The notes below the pieces were generated by a model. It did no database searches and was not told the DNA's origin. It saw only the letters and a program-made list of their open reading frames with translations. A program made the position numbers and the translations under genes. A DNA stretch of 64,000 nucleotides from Ophelia neglecta (lineage: Eukaryota). Shown piece by piece: positions 12,102 to 26,065 of this stretch. Location: assembly GCA_965285935.1 (NCBI GenBank), contig OZ260662.1, positions 77,252,001 through 77,316,000 on the forward strand, given 5' to 3'. Positions within the stretch are counted from its first letter, which is position 1; each line of letters starts with the position of its first letter.

Positions 12102-15100
12102 TCATCAGTATTCAGCAACACGCTGACACTGTCACTGCCACTCTCCCTAACTGCCACTTTTGCTGACAAGGTCGGTCTCAATATCTCAAAAAATCCTCTT
12201 TAAGTCAGGAGAAGAATCCACACATGATATGCCAAATGAAGGAATTGATGCAAGTATTTATTACATGTCAGCGGCACAGCCTTCCTCCCCAAAGATGAAG
12301 CATGGATGGATAGCATCTCGGCATCCTCCCACCATGAATCATCCCGTACTACTACAGATCCCTGGAATCTGCGGGTCACTACCCACAATGCACAACTGTA
12401 GGAGTCTGAAGCCGCAGCACAGAAGAAACTTGTAGCTGGTGATAACTCAATCCACTGTAGCAGCCTTGGTAACAGCCAGGCGTGCCCGGAAAGTGTGCAA
12501 CCAGCCTTCGCAAGAGATAACACAACCTTCCGAGGCAAACAGAAAGTCTGCTTTATAGGCCACTTTATAGTTGTTTAATCAGTTCCTGTAGATTTCTCTC
12601 CCCACCAGAGAAGCCACAGGGATATGACAGGATTGAATATCTTATTTTACAGACCAGCTTGGTGAGCCAGGAACCTCCAGGTGTTGACTCCCCTCAGAAC
12701 TACCGGCTCTCCCAGCTCTCATAATCTAAACTTCCTCTTCTTGATTAGTTCCTTACCTCAGAAAACATGCACTGGTTGGATAATTCTCTTTGACAGGAAT
12801 ATAATAACTGCCTCTTCCTCACTGCCAACCACAGGCATCATCACTTATAAGTAAATGTTTGCGTAATGCTAGTAGGGTGTGTATACAACGATCAAATTTA
12901 CAACCAGCTAAATGTGGATCAGATAGTTTCAATCATTGGATTCTTAAAACAATCACCTGAGACAATAACCTTCTTCATAGTAAAAAGAAAAACTGTTATC
13001 TCAAGGTAAACAGTTCAGAGTATACAAAATCTATCAAGGTTCCATGGCTGGTAGTAAGTGGCAAAAACATTGAAAGATTTGCAATGTTAAAAATCTTCCA
13101 AAAAATGGAACCTAGTTTTCTAAGTGAAGTATGGCCATGTTGGATGTGTTTAATGAAACTAACATCTTTGAAGGCTTAAAAAACCATCTGTGCCAATAAA
13201 AACAGGAGTTGATTTTATAAGACAGATCAAATAAAATCTACACAATCTATATACCATATGTCTAGTTGGACACAGCATTTACCTGCCCTTTAGTTAAACA
13301 AAGGTAAATCACCGGTTGATGGGATGTGAGTAAGAAATGGGAGCCTAGCAGCCTGAGGGTCATGGGGTTAAGTTTAGTTTTCTGATTGTACTATTTACCC
13401 TGGTATCTCAGTAACACATCTGTTGGCTGGGTTTTTCTGTCTAATGGGGACAACTAACAACTTTCACCTCACTGCTGACCAACCTGAACAAATAATGTTT
13501 TACCTACCACATACAACACACTGATCTCTACCTGTGGCTTCCCTACAGATGGACATTCCAAACAATTAAAAGAGGTCAACAGGCTAACTTAGTGAACTGC
13601 TACTACACTCAGTAGTCAAGCTTTTTAGAAGTTTTTAAATATAGGTTTTTTTTATGAATAACTATCACAGGTTAGAACAAAGGATAAGTTGCTGTGAAGG
13701 TTGGAAGGTGAGCCAGGCTCTCCATGTCAGTGAAGGGTAACCAGTTCCTTTTTTAGACCATCAACAATCTGGCCGGCACCACAGAGAGAGATCACAGAAA
13801 AATAGTACAGGTTCCATGAATACCTCTGCCTGGAACAAAAACACTGTGTTGATCTGGAGGTCATTCTCCAATCATCACCATTTGATACACATCAAACTCC
13901 AGCATTATTCACCGCTCTCTATATCTACCTTCATCAACAGTCAGAACTTGTTCCTTGAAATCTAGTCCAATCAGGAGTCAAGATATACCCTCACTACCTA
14001 CTCAGCTTATCAATCACTTGTGTATTTAGGACTTAATATTACAAGTAAATGATTTTATTTTCTTTTGGTTAGACCTACAAAAATGTAGTAAAAAATGCAA
14101 TTTTTAGGCACTTTCAGATAAACAATTTCTTTGTTAGGTCTTAGATACAGAGGTTTCCATGCTGGCGTAGTTTTGGTATGACTAATCCCTACAAGGAGAT
14201 AGTGAGTTTCTGTTTATTGATAACAGTGGCAGGTAGACACACATTTCTCAACCAGAGTAACCTTGGTTTCCACAGACATCATTGATGATAATCCATGTCA
14301 GAAAAGACATAATGGAACAGAAAACAGTCAACGATTAAGCAGAAGTAGGTTCATATACATGGCTATTTTTGACAGATAATTTATGAAGATAAATTTCTTT
14401 ATTTTAATGGAGGCATCATTTGCTTCTTTTCAAGGCCACTAGTTTATGCAAAATTGTCTTTAAGGTTTTTTTTTGCTGTTGAAGGCAAATGTACCCATTT
14501 AAAACCTTTTCAACATGTGAAAGATTTCATTTGATGCTACCAGATGCAAAGCGACTCGGTTACTAGTGTGGTAGTCAGCTAAAGACAATCGTAGAAACAG
14601 ACCTCACAAAATTACTACAACAGATATCGGTAGGCAATTGATGTCGACAAAAATTGTTTACATAGAAAAACATTTTTTCTTTAAGAAAAAACAGGTCTTA
14701 CTTAAGTCTTGTATGACAGATAGGTTCAGAACAGATAGTTTGAGGGTCATATAGGAATTACTCAAATAACCTAGACCAGCTAAATAAACTTGAGTTCCCA
14801 GACCCAAAAAAAATCGCCATAAGAAAGCATTCATCCATGCAAGAAAATAAATATTGATAAAAAAAAACCAGTATAATATTATATTCAGATATATCCAACT
14901 TCCAACTGTTTAAGGAAATCATATTTATGTTAAGGGACATAGTTACCAGACATATCCAGCAACCTACAATTGAGAAAACATACACACTTGGAGAATACAT
15001 GTACATTGTTTAACCAGCTAAAGGTTAGAAGTAGACTACTTTACTTAATGACAGAACTCTTTTTCAAGAATAACATTGTTTTAATACTGGCTGTTTTACC

Positions 15101-16864
15101 AATACAAAGGTAGGATGGAAATCTCCCTCTGGCAATCTAAGTCAAATATGAGTGGGTATGGTAAATATTATCAGTACTGTTACATATTTGAGTGATCAGC
15201 AAAGCTTGTACAAATAAAAAATGCTGCAAAATATTGATACAATCAAGATAAATAATGTCATTCAATATTTAGCAAGGACTATTGAATGACTATTGCTAGA
15301 TACTTTCTCTGGCTATTTACATATACATTGCAAATGCCCAAAGAAATTCAAATACATAACTCGAAAAAAAATTGAATAAAAATTTAAATCACAACATTTA
15401 TACACAAAACTCTTGTACTGGGCCTCATACACATACATAACATGAAGAGCACCATACTTCAGCAGTAAGGTCTTACACATACATGTGTACATGAGTAGTG
15501 AATGATAAAAAGTTGGTCTCCACATGTGGTTCCTGTATTTTTGCACATAACATCCATGTTTTTTATCCTAAAAAGCTCAAATGGTGACAGATCACTGTGA
15601 GTGACTTAAGTGAGGCTGATCTGTACACCACAGGAATGATATTTTTCTGACATACCTTGGTCACTGACCAAGTTGGCCATGTTATAACATGTGTTGTAAT
15701 TGGCATCAAAATGTTCACCTGTCAGCCTGGTGGACATGATAATAGCAGGGGTAACAATACCGCCATCCTGTGACCTCCAACCCCAAAACACAGGCTGGCA
15801 GCAGCCAAATCATAAAGGGTGTTGTTCTCCGCCTGCACACACTCGAGATAAAACACAAATATGCTGTCTGCAAATTATGGTATATATTAAGACAGACTCC
15901 CATCCTTTTTTCCAATAATTGTTTGTCACAAGCATTGGTATACACTGTAATAAGAAAGACTATAATAAGAAAGACCGTGTGGCTGAAATCTATGGTATCT
16001 CGACAAGTAACACCTGTTGTAACTGTTGTTGTGTTATTCATTGTTCAAATTTTGAAATGAAAAAAGCAAGGGAGGGTGACTATATACAATGATGTTGCAT
16101 GCTATGAACATCACACATTATATATCACTTGTTTACCAGAAACCGGTGCTGGTATACATCAATCCAGGAATATGGCACTCCTTTCCATCACAATTGTGCT
16201 GTCTTGAAAGGAACTAACTCCTATGTCTTGTCACATTGCCACCATAAAGTTCAGCAAACATCAACAGCCCACTTTGTAATATGTATATGTGTGGTAATAA
16301 TAAACTTCATGCTTAGAAACTGATCATCTTAAATTTCATCAAAATGATACTGATTAATCTACATTGACATTTGACAGGGCAACGCTAGAATTTTACCAAG
16401 CTGTTGATCTCCCACCATGTTTAGTTACACATTGAAAAGATTTGTTTTTGAGTGCCACTAAGCTCTGTGCTCTCCTGCTAATGCACACTGATTAAAACAT
16501 GCTTTTATCAAGCCTAAAAAGGGAAAGTCTACAACACACACGCGTTGAGATAGCGGGAACACCGCTACAGATGTGCAAAGATAACAACTGGCTTTTTCTT
16601 TCTTAATTCAAAAGTTTTGCCTACAACAGGCAATAAGCACCATAAAAAGACTGATAACTATCAGATTTATGAGTTGAATTCATGACATTTCACCAGAGTG
16701 AATTTTTTAAGTCAGCTCTAAGACAAACTGTATGCTAGTAAATAAATCTACAGGAACTTCAAAACCACCCAGCTACAATCATACCACTTCCACAGTTTTA
16801 CCAAACCTTCTTTTGATATGTATACTAGTATAATTTATAGATATCAGCTTAACATGAATATGAT

Positions 16865-17064
16865 GTGAGCTGCAACAGGGTGCAACTTGGGACAGGTTGC
16901 AAGACAGAACAGGGTGGGTGTCAGCCGGGACAGGGTGGGAGCTGGGACAGGGTGTGAGTTGGGACAGGGACAGGGTGTGTGTGAGCTGGGACAGTGTGTG
17001 AGCTGGGACAGTGTGTGAGCTGGGACAGTGTGTGGGCTGGGACAGTGTGTGGGCTGGGACAGGG
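16865..17064. repeat. 17-bp minisatellite (gctgggacagtgtgtga)n, degenerate to the left
   Basis: Near-perfect units at ~16985-17062, with older diverged units upstream. Confidence 0.92.
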
Positions 17065-18819
17065 CAAGACCCAGCACTTGTAAACCTTATACTAAACACA
17101 CATTTCTACTTGAGTGGTCCTTTCCTGTGTTTTTATCATTGACAATTGTTCCTGATGTAGTTTTGCTGCCACTCACTTGACATTGCAGCGGGAGAATTGA
17201 GCTGACAAACTGCAAGTGTCCCTTAAGTAGACCTAAACTTAAACACACAATGACAAGCCCTGGCTGCCCTCAGATATCAGGGCTTACTTAGTGCAAAACT
17301 ACTACACTGACGAAAATTGTCTTTGGTTCTCGCCTGATGCTTAATCAGTGGGCCTCCTAAGGATACTACTTGGATCTGGGACAGCTTATGACACAGTAGT
17401 ATGTCACACACTTTGAAACAAAAGCTTGGAGCAACAATAAGTAGTAACAACATACCACTTCACATCAGTATTTTCAAAATGTTGTCAAAATAACCGTGTA
17501 ATTTTGCTTTTTAAACATTACATGGATTGTTTCATATAAACAAATTGACTAAACAATTTGAAAAATACAGTTTTATGAATTGCAAATTTGAAGTTTAGAA
17601 TGTATAATCAAAGGAATGCAATTTTCATCCTATTTGGTTTGCTGTGCTTTAACATATTAAAAGAAATTCCTCAGTTATTAAGCTGTATTAAAATACAGCC
17701 TTCAGTATGTTCCTACAGACACAGATTGCTGCTGTTTATTATCAACAACCAGTAAAGACAAACTTGGTTTAGAAGACAACCATCCACAGCCCAACTGTCT
17801 TTCACCCTGGGTGGAGTGTCTTTCCCCAGGACTGGGTAATCATAGCTATGTCCATCTGGATCAAGTCTTCATCCTACATAGTTTATGTTATAAATACATG
17901 GTACATCAAAGTGCTCACCACAGACACAAACAACACAACTCAGGAGGAGTGGGTCATCACACTCCTGTCAGATTGTGTATCACACTGTGTATCACCTCTG
18001 CTCACAGCCCAGCCTATAGACAGGGATTCCAGGCAGGGCCAGCCCTGATAGGATGGCACTTTACAGTTACCACTTTAATTCACTTCAGCCTGTGAGAAAA
18101 GGCCAACAGCACTTAAAAAACTGTATAGCTCAGAGTCATATTTCTTACAACCTTCTACAAATAAGACAATTAGTACGCTCTACAGACCCCCAGTCTGCCT
18201 CTGACCATGAGTTAATCACCGACCACCCACCCCTGAAATACTCAGTCATTAGACACAGGAATGAGCAGCAAGGAACTTCCTGGAACCACAATCATCAGGC
18301 TATTTCAGGAATACCTCCACAGAAGATCTACTTATCAAATCAATGCTGGGTGTTAATACTAACTGCTAGCTATATCCATACTAAACATACATCAAGGTAC
18401 ATAAATATGATATCAAATTCCTTACATTATCAAATTATGTTGATGGAGAAGGTATTTTGTAGTCAACAAATTAGGAACTCTTGAAAAACAAGTCAAGTCA
18501 AGTCCAGTACTTTAGACACATTAATGTTTACAACAATAAATTTATTGCTAATTATTAAAATGAATAAACAGGGTTAGGCATCCTGTTTTGTCTTTTTTTA
18601 TGCTGTATACATGCTGAGGACTTTAAAATTAACTCTTATTTCACTTTGTGATTTAATTTCCTCCCAAAATAAAATGCTTAATTAATTGATGAATAATGGA
18701 ATGAGCATTGTTTCCAAGGCCAGCTTCATACCTATACCTATACCTATTCTTGTATAGGCTACTTGTTTCAAATGGGTTTTAGGGGGGCTGTTGATACTGC
18801 TTAAGACAGGTCATAAATG

Positions 18820-19000
18820 AGCTGTAGATAGAGTATAGGTTGTAGACAGATTTATATAAGTTTATAGGCTGAAGACGGCTTGAAGATAGAGTATAGGTTT
18901 AAAACATGTTGTACATACAGTATATACTAAGTTGTAAATGAGTACTAAATAGGATGTAGGCTGTAAACTGGCTGTAGCTAAGGTGAAGGTTGTAAATGAA
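18820..19000. repeat. Degenerate low-complexity repeat (gtataggttgtaga-like)
   Basis: Recurring agatagagtataggtt, gctgtag and gttgtaaatga motifs. Confidence 0.5.
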
Positions 19001-20714
19001 TTGCAGTAAAATACAACAAGTACATAGAGTAGGTATGGTGACAAAATAGAAAAAACCCAAGAAAAATGATACAAACCAAAGTCTTGTAATACATGGTACT
19101 CCAGACAGACGGACAGATCACTTGTCCTCTTGTCACCAAAACAAGCCATTCCAAGACCAGGTATGTTATCACCTTCACGAGATCTATTTCCAGAAGATGA
19201 AATTGTGTCTTCGGTGAGGAAAAACACCAAAATCTTAACCCTAGAAGCCAGATATGTGATCAGTTCATACAACTGAACACTAAGATTAAATGAACTGTAC
19301 TCCGTATAACATCTCACATCATGTACTAAGCTGTCAGAGGGTTGACTAAGAAACAGTTGAGACACCTACACAATTTACACTAGCCGCATGTTAACATGTG
19401 ACGGCTAGGCCATGATTTGCCGTGTATTTTGTGGCAAGCAGGGAAGTTGAGTCATTATTTTCTCCCGGAAGAGAGGATAAGTCAACCTTGCAGTGCTCTA
19501 GATACAATATCAGATATGATTTTTATCAGTTACAATGCGCAAAACAACATTTTAGCTGCAAAACAAGTTGATAGCAAATTGTACCCTAATACTGAGGGAG
19601 CAGTTTTTTCTCCCCTCTTTAAAACTGTGCCATAAGTCAAGTTTTAGCCTCAATGGGACGCTGGCTGGTTATATTTGTATTTCATCACCTTAGATTGTCT
19701 ATAATCACATCAATAATGAAGGTCTAATCAGTTAAACTTTACTCAGCACTGCTACAAATAACCATAACACATTATCTTAACCTTCTGCTTGTCCTCATCA
19801 CTTCTGTGATAAGTTTTTTGCAGTACATGTTCTCACTTCTTAACATCTGAGACATAGTTACTGTTTCAACACTAACAAATTGTACGATATGCTCCACCTC
19901 GTCCCTGAGAAGAAACACACTGATGAAAATTGCTCCCATAAGACTTACAACTCATCTGAATATGTGTGTGAGACTGAGATGGCTTCAGTTGTGCACAAAG
20001 ATAATGTACCTGTATATCCAAGCCAAGGGGGGTATTTAGTGGCAATGGAGCAGAAATATTTAAAATGTTCAGGAGAAGGAAAAGTGTGAGCAGGGATGGT
20101 CCAGGGCAGACAATACTACTGTAATTGAGGTAATTTTCAAGTAGCAGAAGGTTTGCTATTTCAAGAAAAATCAATTTATGCAGAAATTAAATCCCACAGT
20201 TTCACATATTAACCATCAAATACAGTGTGGAATATCACCACTTATCTGCAACACACCTCTATTACAGAAATACAATCAAAGAAGAGTTTAGGAAATAAAC
20301 TCTCTACCTTCCTTATCAAATACCAACAGCTTGATGGAGATTTTTGAGAGAAACAAAAATCTCATTTGCCTCATTTGACAAGTATAGTAAATAAATGTTT
20401 TTTTTCCTCAAATACCACTCATCAATATAACTGCTGTTTGCTGTCAGTCAGCAGAAGCATGTTAAGTTGGGAAAATAAACAACACCATCATACATATATA
20501 TTTGTAAACATAAAGCACACTAATATAGCCATACTTTGCGACCTTAATGTGATTTGTGATATTACCAAAACCTTTAGCCACAAATTTTTAAAATTTATCA
20601 TTATATGGACTACATTATAATAATAACTTTAATTGCTTGCTTTCATAGTTATAACTTATCTATTCACTAAGCTTAATCTATGAATGATATGTATGTTATA
20701 GTACATTGTGTTGT

Positions 20715-20794
20715 TGTACAGCACCACCGAAACCTTAAGTATAGGAAGGTGCTATATTAAATTAATAAAATGTAAAAATGTAAAAAATGTAAAA
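20715..20794 (+). mobile_element. Decayed L2/CR1-type LINE or LINE-derived SINE 3' tail
   Basis: tgtacAGCACC...GGTGCTatattaaat (stem-loop; a CpG-decayed form of the TGTAAAGCGC...GCGCTATATAAAT tail), then AATAAA and a short (TGTAAAA)-type terminal repeat. Confidence 0.5.
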
Positions 20795-20831
20795 TAGTTG
20801 TATTTATCCATTAGTTATAACCAGAACTTAC

Positions 20832-20891
20832 TTTGAGATCCTGAACTCCTGGAATCAAGGGTCTGACTTCTGGCAAACACATCCAGAGGGG
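20832..20891 (-). CDS. Candidate 60-nt symmetric internal exon (best exon candidate in the window)
   Basis: Minus strand: ctgatgttttctctttgcAG|CCCCTCTG...ATCTCAAA|GTAAGT. Phase 1 reads (x)PLDVFARSQTLDSRSSGSQ; phase 0 reads PLWMCLPEVRPLIPGVQDLK. Confidence 0.45.
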
Positions 20892-23325
20892 CTGCAAAGA
20901 GAAAACATCAGTGAGTAATGATCATGAACAGTTATTATTTAATTGGTTAACAGAAATCAGTCAATGGTTCCTGTCTGCTCCCCAGATTAACTGGAACTGG
21001 AATAGACTTAAATTTAATGTTAGAGGATAATGTGATTCAGCTATAGATGTGACATTAGTCACAAAGATATACTTACACATGAAACATGAAATCATTGTAT
21101 AAACTCATTGTAACTTATGGACACCTTGGTGGTCATTCCTTCAATCATTATATTTTGCTTTTAAACCAATCTCTATAGTTAATGTGATATCCTGTCACAT
21201 AGAAGGCAAACGACAGTTTTTGAGAAAAGTCTGCAAATGAAATTTCCTAGAATGCATAGTACAATCTCAAACAAGCGTATACAATAAAAGAGGATGGAAA
21301 CTGAGACCACCAGACATTCACCGGATTAGTATCTGGCTCTGCTTCAAGAACGCAATGGGTGATTTTTTAGCAGGGAGCTGCCTTATGTAGCATTGCAATT
21401 ACGACAGAGCAGTATTTGTCAAGCATGATTACCTTCTTGCAATCTTCTAGTGATTGAAGCATACCAAAGAGATGGATTAACGATTTAGCATTAAAATGAT
21501 AAATTCCTATGAAGATTGCCAACATGCTGAAAGCTAAGAGTTCAAGTGGATCGTCTGGACAGACCATAACTCTACTGGGTGAGCAAAAGAGAAATTCTCT
21601 AGAAAATGGGATACAATATATCAACTCCATTAGGTACAATCTAAGGATCACAGCAAATACTGATTGTTTGCTGAAAAATCTGGCTAGTAGGTAGATCACA
21701 ATTTCTGCCTATGGTTTAAGGTAGGAAAACAATCTTTGTAGCCTGCAGGGACTGTCTTAGATAGCAATCAACCATAGTGGTTGCTGCAGCAAAGTAAACT
21801 GGTGCATGATACTGCTCCATATGTTAGCCTTGTAAATGTCAAGTTGTTCCGATATCCAACGAACGAATGTCCAATCTCTTTACAACTCTTATATACTTTA
21901 TGATGCCCTACTATTAACTGACAACTACATCATTTTGACTGGTATGCTTTCTGAGCTGACCTGTTCTTTGAACCTCACAAGGGTGCACTAATGTTTTTTT
22001 GGAGCCAGGGCCACTCTCACTCATCAAGATGGCTGTGTCTTGACACTAAAATGTAAGGAAGATTTCTTCTCACAACCCTAGAGTACTCATCAAAGCTGGC
22101 TTAGAAAAACATACCTGTTGGCTGTGACTAGTAAATGGGGAAGCTATTTTGACAAACAACCAATGGTAAAATGTTAACTGCTTTGGATCCTAGAATGTTA
22201 CTGTACAGGTGCCAGGACTGATGGTTGTTTGAAGATAATTTAAAATATGCACAGCATTTTTGATGCTCACCCAGCTGGAATAAATATGTGAATAGTATTA
22301 GATTTCAATCAATTAAAGAACTCCCATCATCAATTTTCCTTCCTAACTAGCTCTTTGTTTAAGTTTGAATGCAGATCATATCTGATGGGCGTATTGCAGG
22401 TTCATTTTGATTAATATGAGGTAGAGTGAAGAGATATAAATGCTTTGTATCATGTTTTTGAGTCATTCCGGATATTCTTCATAATCTAGCCCGACAGGGT
22501 CATCCCAATCCTGACTGAGAAGGTCAACAGTGTACCCAACATCGAATAAAACTTCAAACCAACAACTGTTTTTTGACAGATCAAAGCAGGGTCAGCTTCT
22601 AGTGGTTCTCTGTAACTAACACAGCATTATCAGTCAACTGCTGACAGATTTAAATACCTCCGACTTAAAATAATTAATCTGTAAAAACCAGTAAGTTCTA
22701 AGTGAGTGACTTTCTTCTGAAATATGTGAAACAGGCAGCCCAAGCATTAATCTCCAACACAATCTGAGGCGAGTTTGAACTGAGCTGTTTTGACTTATCA
22801 AGCCTCTCGTACATCAGTAGATATCATTTTACTGAAGCATGGCGTATTTTGTGCCTAAGGTCACCAACAGAAATGAATCTAGTTCCACCCACCAGAAAAT
22901 TGTGAGGGTGAATTTCAAATGAGGACATCAGTTTAAAATTGTGACCAAAAAACATCCCAAATGTGTAAGATGATATATGTTGTTTTTTTGGTTAGCTTCT
23001 TGCAGAGGGCAGGTTATTATGTGTATGACCTTGGCATGACGATTTGAGCCTGGTCTATCACTCACTACATACATGTACTGGGTGTATACACAACAGCCAT
23101 GAACTCATCTCAGAAACAAGCAATCTCAAGACTGTGACAAACCTACACGTCTGTCTTCTCTTCCTCAGGATAAGGGTCTGTGTGGACATCTGCTTTACAA
23201 ATCTCATTGTACTAGCATTAGAAAAATAAACAGAAAATTATAAAATGGGTTTATTAATTTACTGTACATATTCTGACGACCACAAGTGAATGATTTGTAT
23301 AGGAAAAAGTGGTTAAGTTGCTTAC

Positions 23326-23368
23326 CCAATCCAAGCTTTTTCTTGAAATAATTCACCATTGAAGACAT
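23326..23368 (-). CDS. Possible alternative first coding exon MSSMVNYFKKKLGL (phase-1 donor)
   Basis: ATG at 23368, TGG|GTAAGC donor at 23325; frame-compatible with 20891-20832. Confidence 0.18.
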
Positions 23369-26004
23369 CTTTGAAGAGAAAATAATCCTTTGGGAAAGAG
23401 ATAATGTTCAATGGTGACTGGCTTATACCAAGTTAACAAAGCTCGCGTTCTTGTCCTATCAAAATCACCATGTGATAATTACAAGTATCCAGGCCAAAAA
23501 AACATACAACAGGACCTAGAAAATGCTGGAAATTCTGGTTCAGGTGTAATCCTTTCCTGACAATAGTGTGTTGTGACTGCCAGACTTGGGTCCTGCCATT
23601 CACAATGACTAGTTTTGGCTCACCAGGTCGGGCTCACCATGCCTGATACAGGGGTTTTTATCATGGCCTAGCACAGACAGGTTACGACCATATCACTTGA
23701 TCCATCAATCTAGATGGCACAGAGCTGGGTGGCTGTCACCAGGTTCACCAGTCAAAGTCTGCAGACTCACACAACTGACAGTTGTCTGCTAGCAAACATT
23801 CAGAACCTGACCGCTTTGCATAGGTAAAGAGGGGTAAAGATATGTTTGACCTACACTGAGAAAACTAACAAATAGCCTGGAGGTATTATCAGGTTTAACC
23901 AGCCCTCAAAATCAGCCGTCTGAAGGCTGAGCAGGAGCTGAGCTTGGCTCAAGCAGAGAGGCTCAATCCACTTGATGCTCATTCAAGTTCCAATTACCAA
24001 ACAAGAGACACAGTTCTTTGTGGCAATGTACAGGTCCAATAAACCACTGTAAACATGACTAATTATCAATCATCACAGCACACTGACAGGAAAAATAAGC
24101 TTTTCTTGCTGTAAATATCCTTGTCTTAATGAGCAGTTTCTAGATTCACCAGCTCACAATCAAGCCATGGCAATGGTTCTGGTCTCCTTGGCCAACTCAA
24201 GGCTAGGGCTGTAGCTAGTCCAACCTGAATTCTCTTACACAAATTGGCAAGCCAGCAGAGACTAATAACTCTTGTGCTCAATACTCCAAGGGTGTTGACT
24301 GTCAGAAAGATATCCAGGTCTGCTCTCACCTGATAGCAACTCTTCCTGCAATCTTTCTCCAATGCTCTAGTCTAAATCACAACACCTCACTCAATGACAA
24401 ATCAAGGATGAGAACACTATTTTCATAACGTTTAGAAATTCTCCGTACAATATCCTTTCTCAACACCTCATATTTTTAATCTCTTTAGCTAGCAGATACC
24501 GGGAATGGCATGCTCTCCGGGCCCATCCTAGAGTAATGTTGCCAAAAGAACAATTGAATCCATGACCTGCTGGCAGCTCCTCCCATTTACCCTATTAACA
24601 CAAATTTACACAATGGTTATAGTTCCATTGCCTAGCAATCAATACTACTTTGTGTAGCGAGAGCACAGCGGCGGCGTTAGTTAGCTGGGCCTTCAGATTT
24701 CTTCCACGACTGTACTTTGGTCAACGGCCTGCTCAGGACGGCTAAACTCACTATATTGAAACTTGACAAATATTCCCGCCACAGTTCCTGACATGTTTGA
24801 CAGGTTTCTAGCAGTGATTTAAGACACACCTTAAAAGGTTTCGGCTCTTTTAACAACTAGAAACCACATCCATCACTGTTTTGTGAGACATACTGGCAAT
24901 ATTCATATTTAATACTGCGGCGCTGTAGCTCAGCAGAACATTACCAGACAGCCAGACCAAATCAAACATCAGTTGATATCAGACACTTAGTGAGCAAACC
25001 AGACATTCTGGTCAAGGTAAAATTACTCTTCTGAACTTTAGAGGATAAAAACTTTGGAGGAAAACTAAGGATGATATCAAACCTATGTTCCTGAAACTCA
25101 TCCCAAGTTCAACTTGATATTATATATATAACATAAACTCACACTATGTCTTCCCTTCAACTACACACCTGTACCTCTTTCATTAACAGGCTTACATATT
25201 TCTACAGCTTGATGATTTACTTTGACATTTAATAAAGTAAACTTGTGAGGCATCACATTTTAGTACCTGTTTAAGACATCACAAATAGTAGATTTTACAC
25301 TAAGAGGCCAATGTAAGTAACTCTCAGCAGCTTATCTACTGCAAATACTGCGGTTGGTTTTTACACAAGTGGACCTCAGGTATGGTGTTTGTGGTTGGAA
25401 AAGATACCAATATCACTGGGTTGCAGACAGCCTAGATGGACTGAAATGTCATCACTCTACTTGGAAGTCCATATCAAGGGATAACCTAACCCACCCACCA
25501 TCCCGCATACTACCCCTTGCCAGCCCATACTGGCCAAGGTTGGTGAACTCTCAGCAGCTGATGGTCAGATGAGCTACCTGGATAAGATTATCTCAGTGTG
25601 CCAGCCATAACAAGCTGATAACCTGTGGTAATGCCTGGATCTGGGAGACATAATCATCACAGGGCAGGAGTAGAGAACAGGGGGTATAATACCAGCTGTC
25701 TGGCTAACCTCTAGTCTGTAGTGTATGTTCTTAGTTACAGTGTACTAGCAGGCTACCTGGAACACTTTGTAACCATCAAGATTTATATATAAACAACTGT
25801 TCAAGGATCACCCCGGGTGTCAAATATAAACAAAATCTTGCCTGGTGTGCTGCAAGCCTAACAACACAATATTGTGTGTACTATAACCCTTGCCTACTTT
25901 AACCCCCCCCATGTGCTCATTGGGCCCTAGTCATAGTTTAGTATTTTGATTCTGAATAGTTATGTCATTATGAGACTTTCTATAGCATATGAAACAATTT
26001 ATGA

Positions 26005-26065
26005 TGTGAAGCACTGTTGAGCAGTAGAAAATGTATCTGGTGCTATAGAAAAATAAATAATCATC
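26005..26065 (+). mobile_element. Decayed L2/CR1-type 3' tail
   Basis: tgtgaAGCAC tgttgagc...tgGTGCTatagaaaaataaataatcatc; same layout as 20715-20794. Confidence 0.45.

Noticed and set aside
16779-17099. Pro/His/Thr-rich ORFs
   Set aside because: By-product of the 17-bp minisatellite, whose unit is not a multiple of 3.
18862-19365. Longest ORF (167 aa, minus)
   Set aside because: Non-ATG start; the hydrophobic tail derives from a low-complexity repeat; no domain or good splice boundaries.
24919-24935. tRNA-like 5' end ggcgctgtagctcag
   Set aside because: No D-loop GG, anticodon arm or B-box (GTTCRA) follows.
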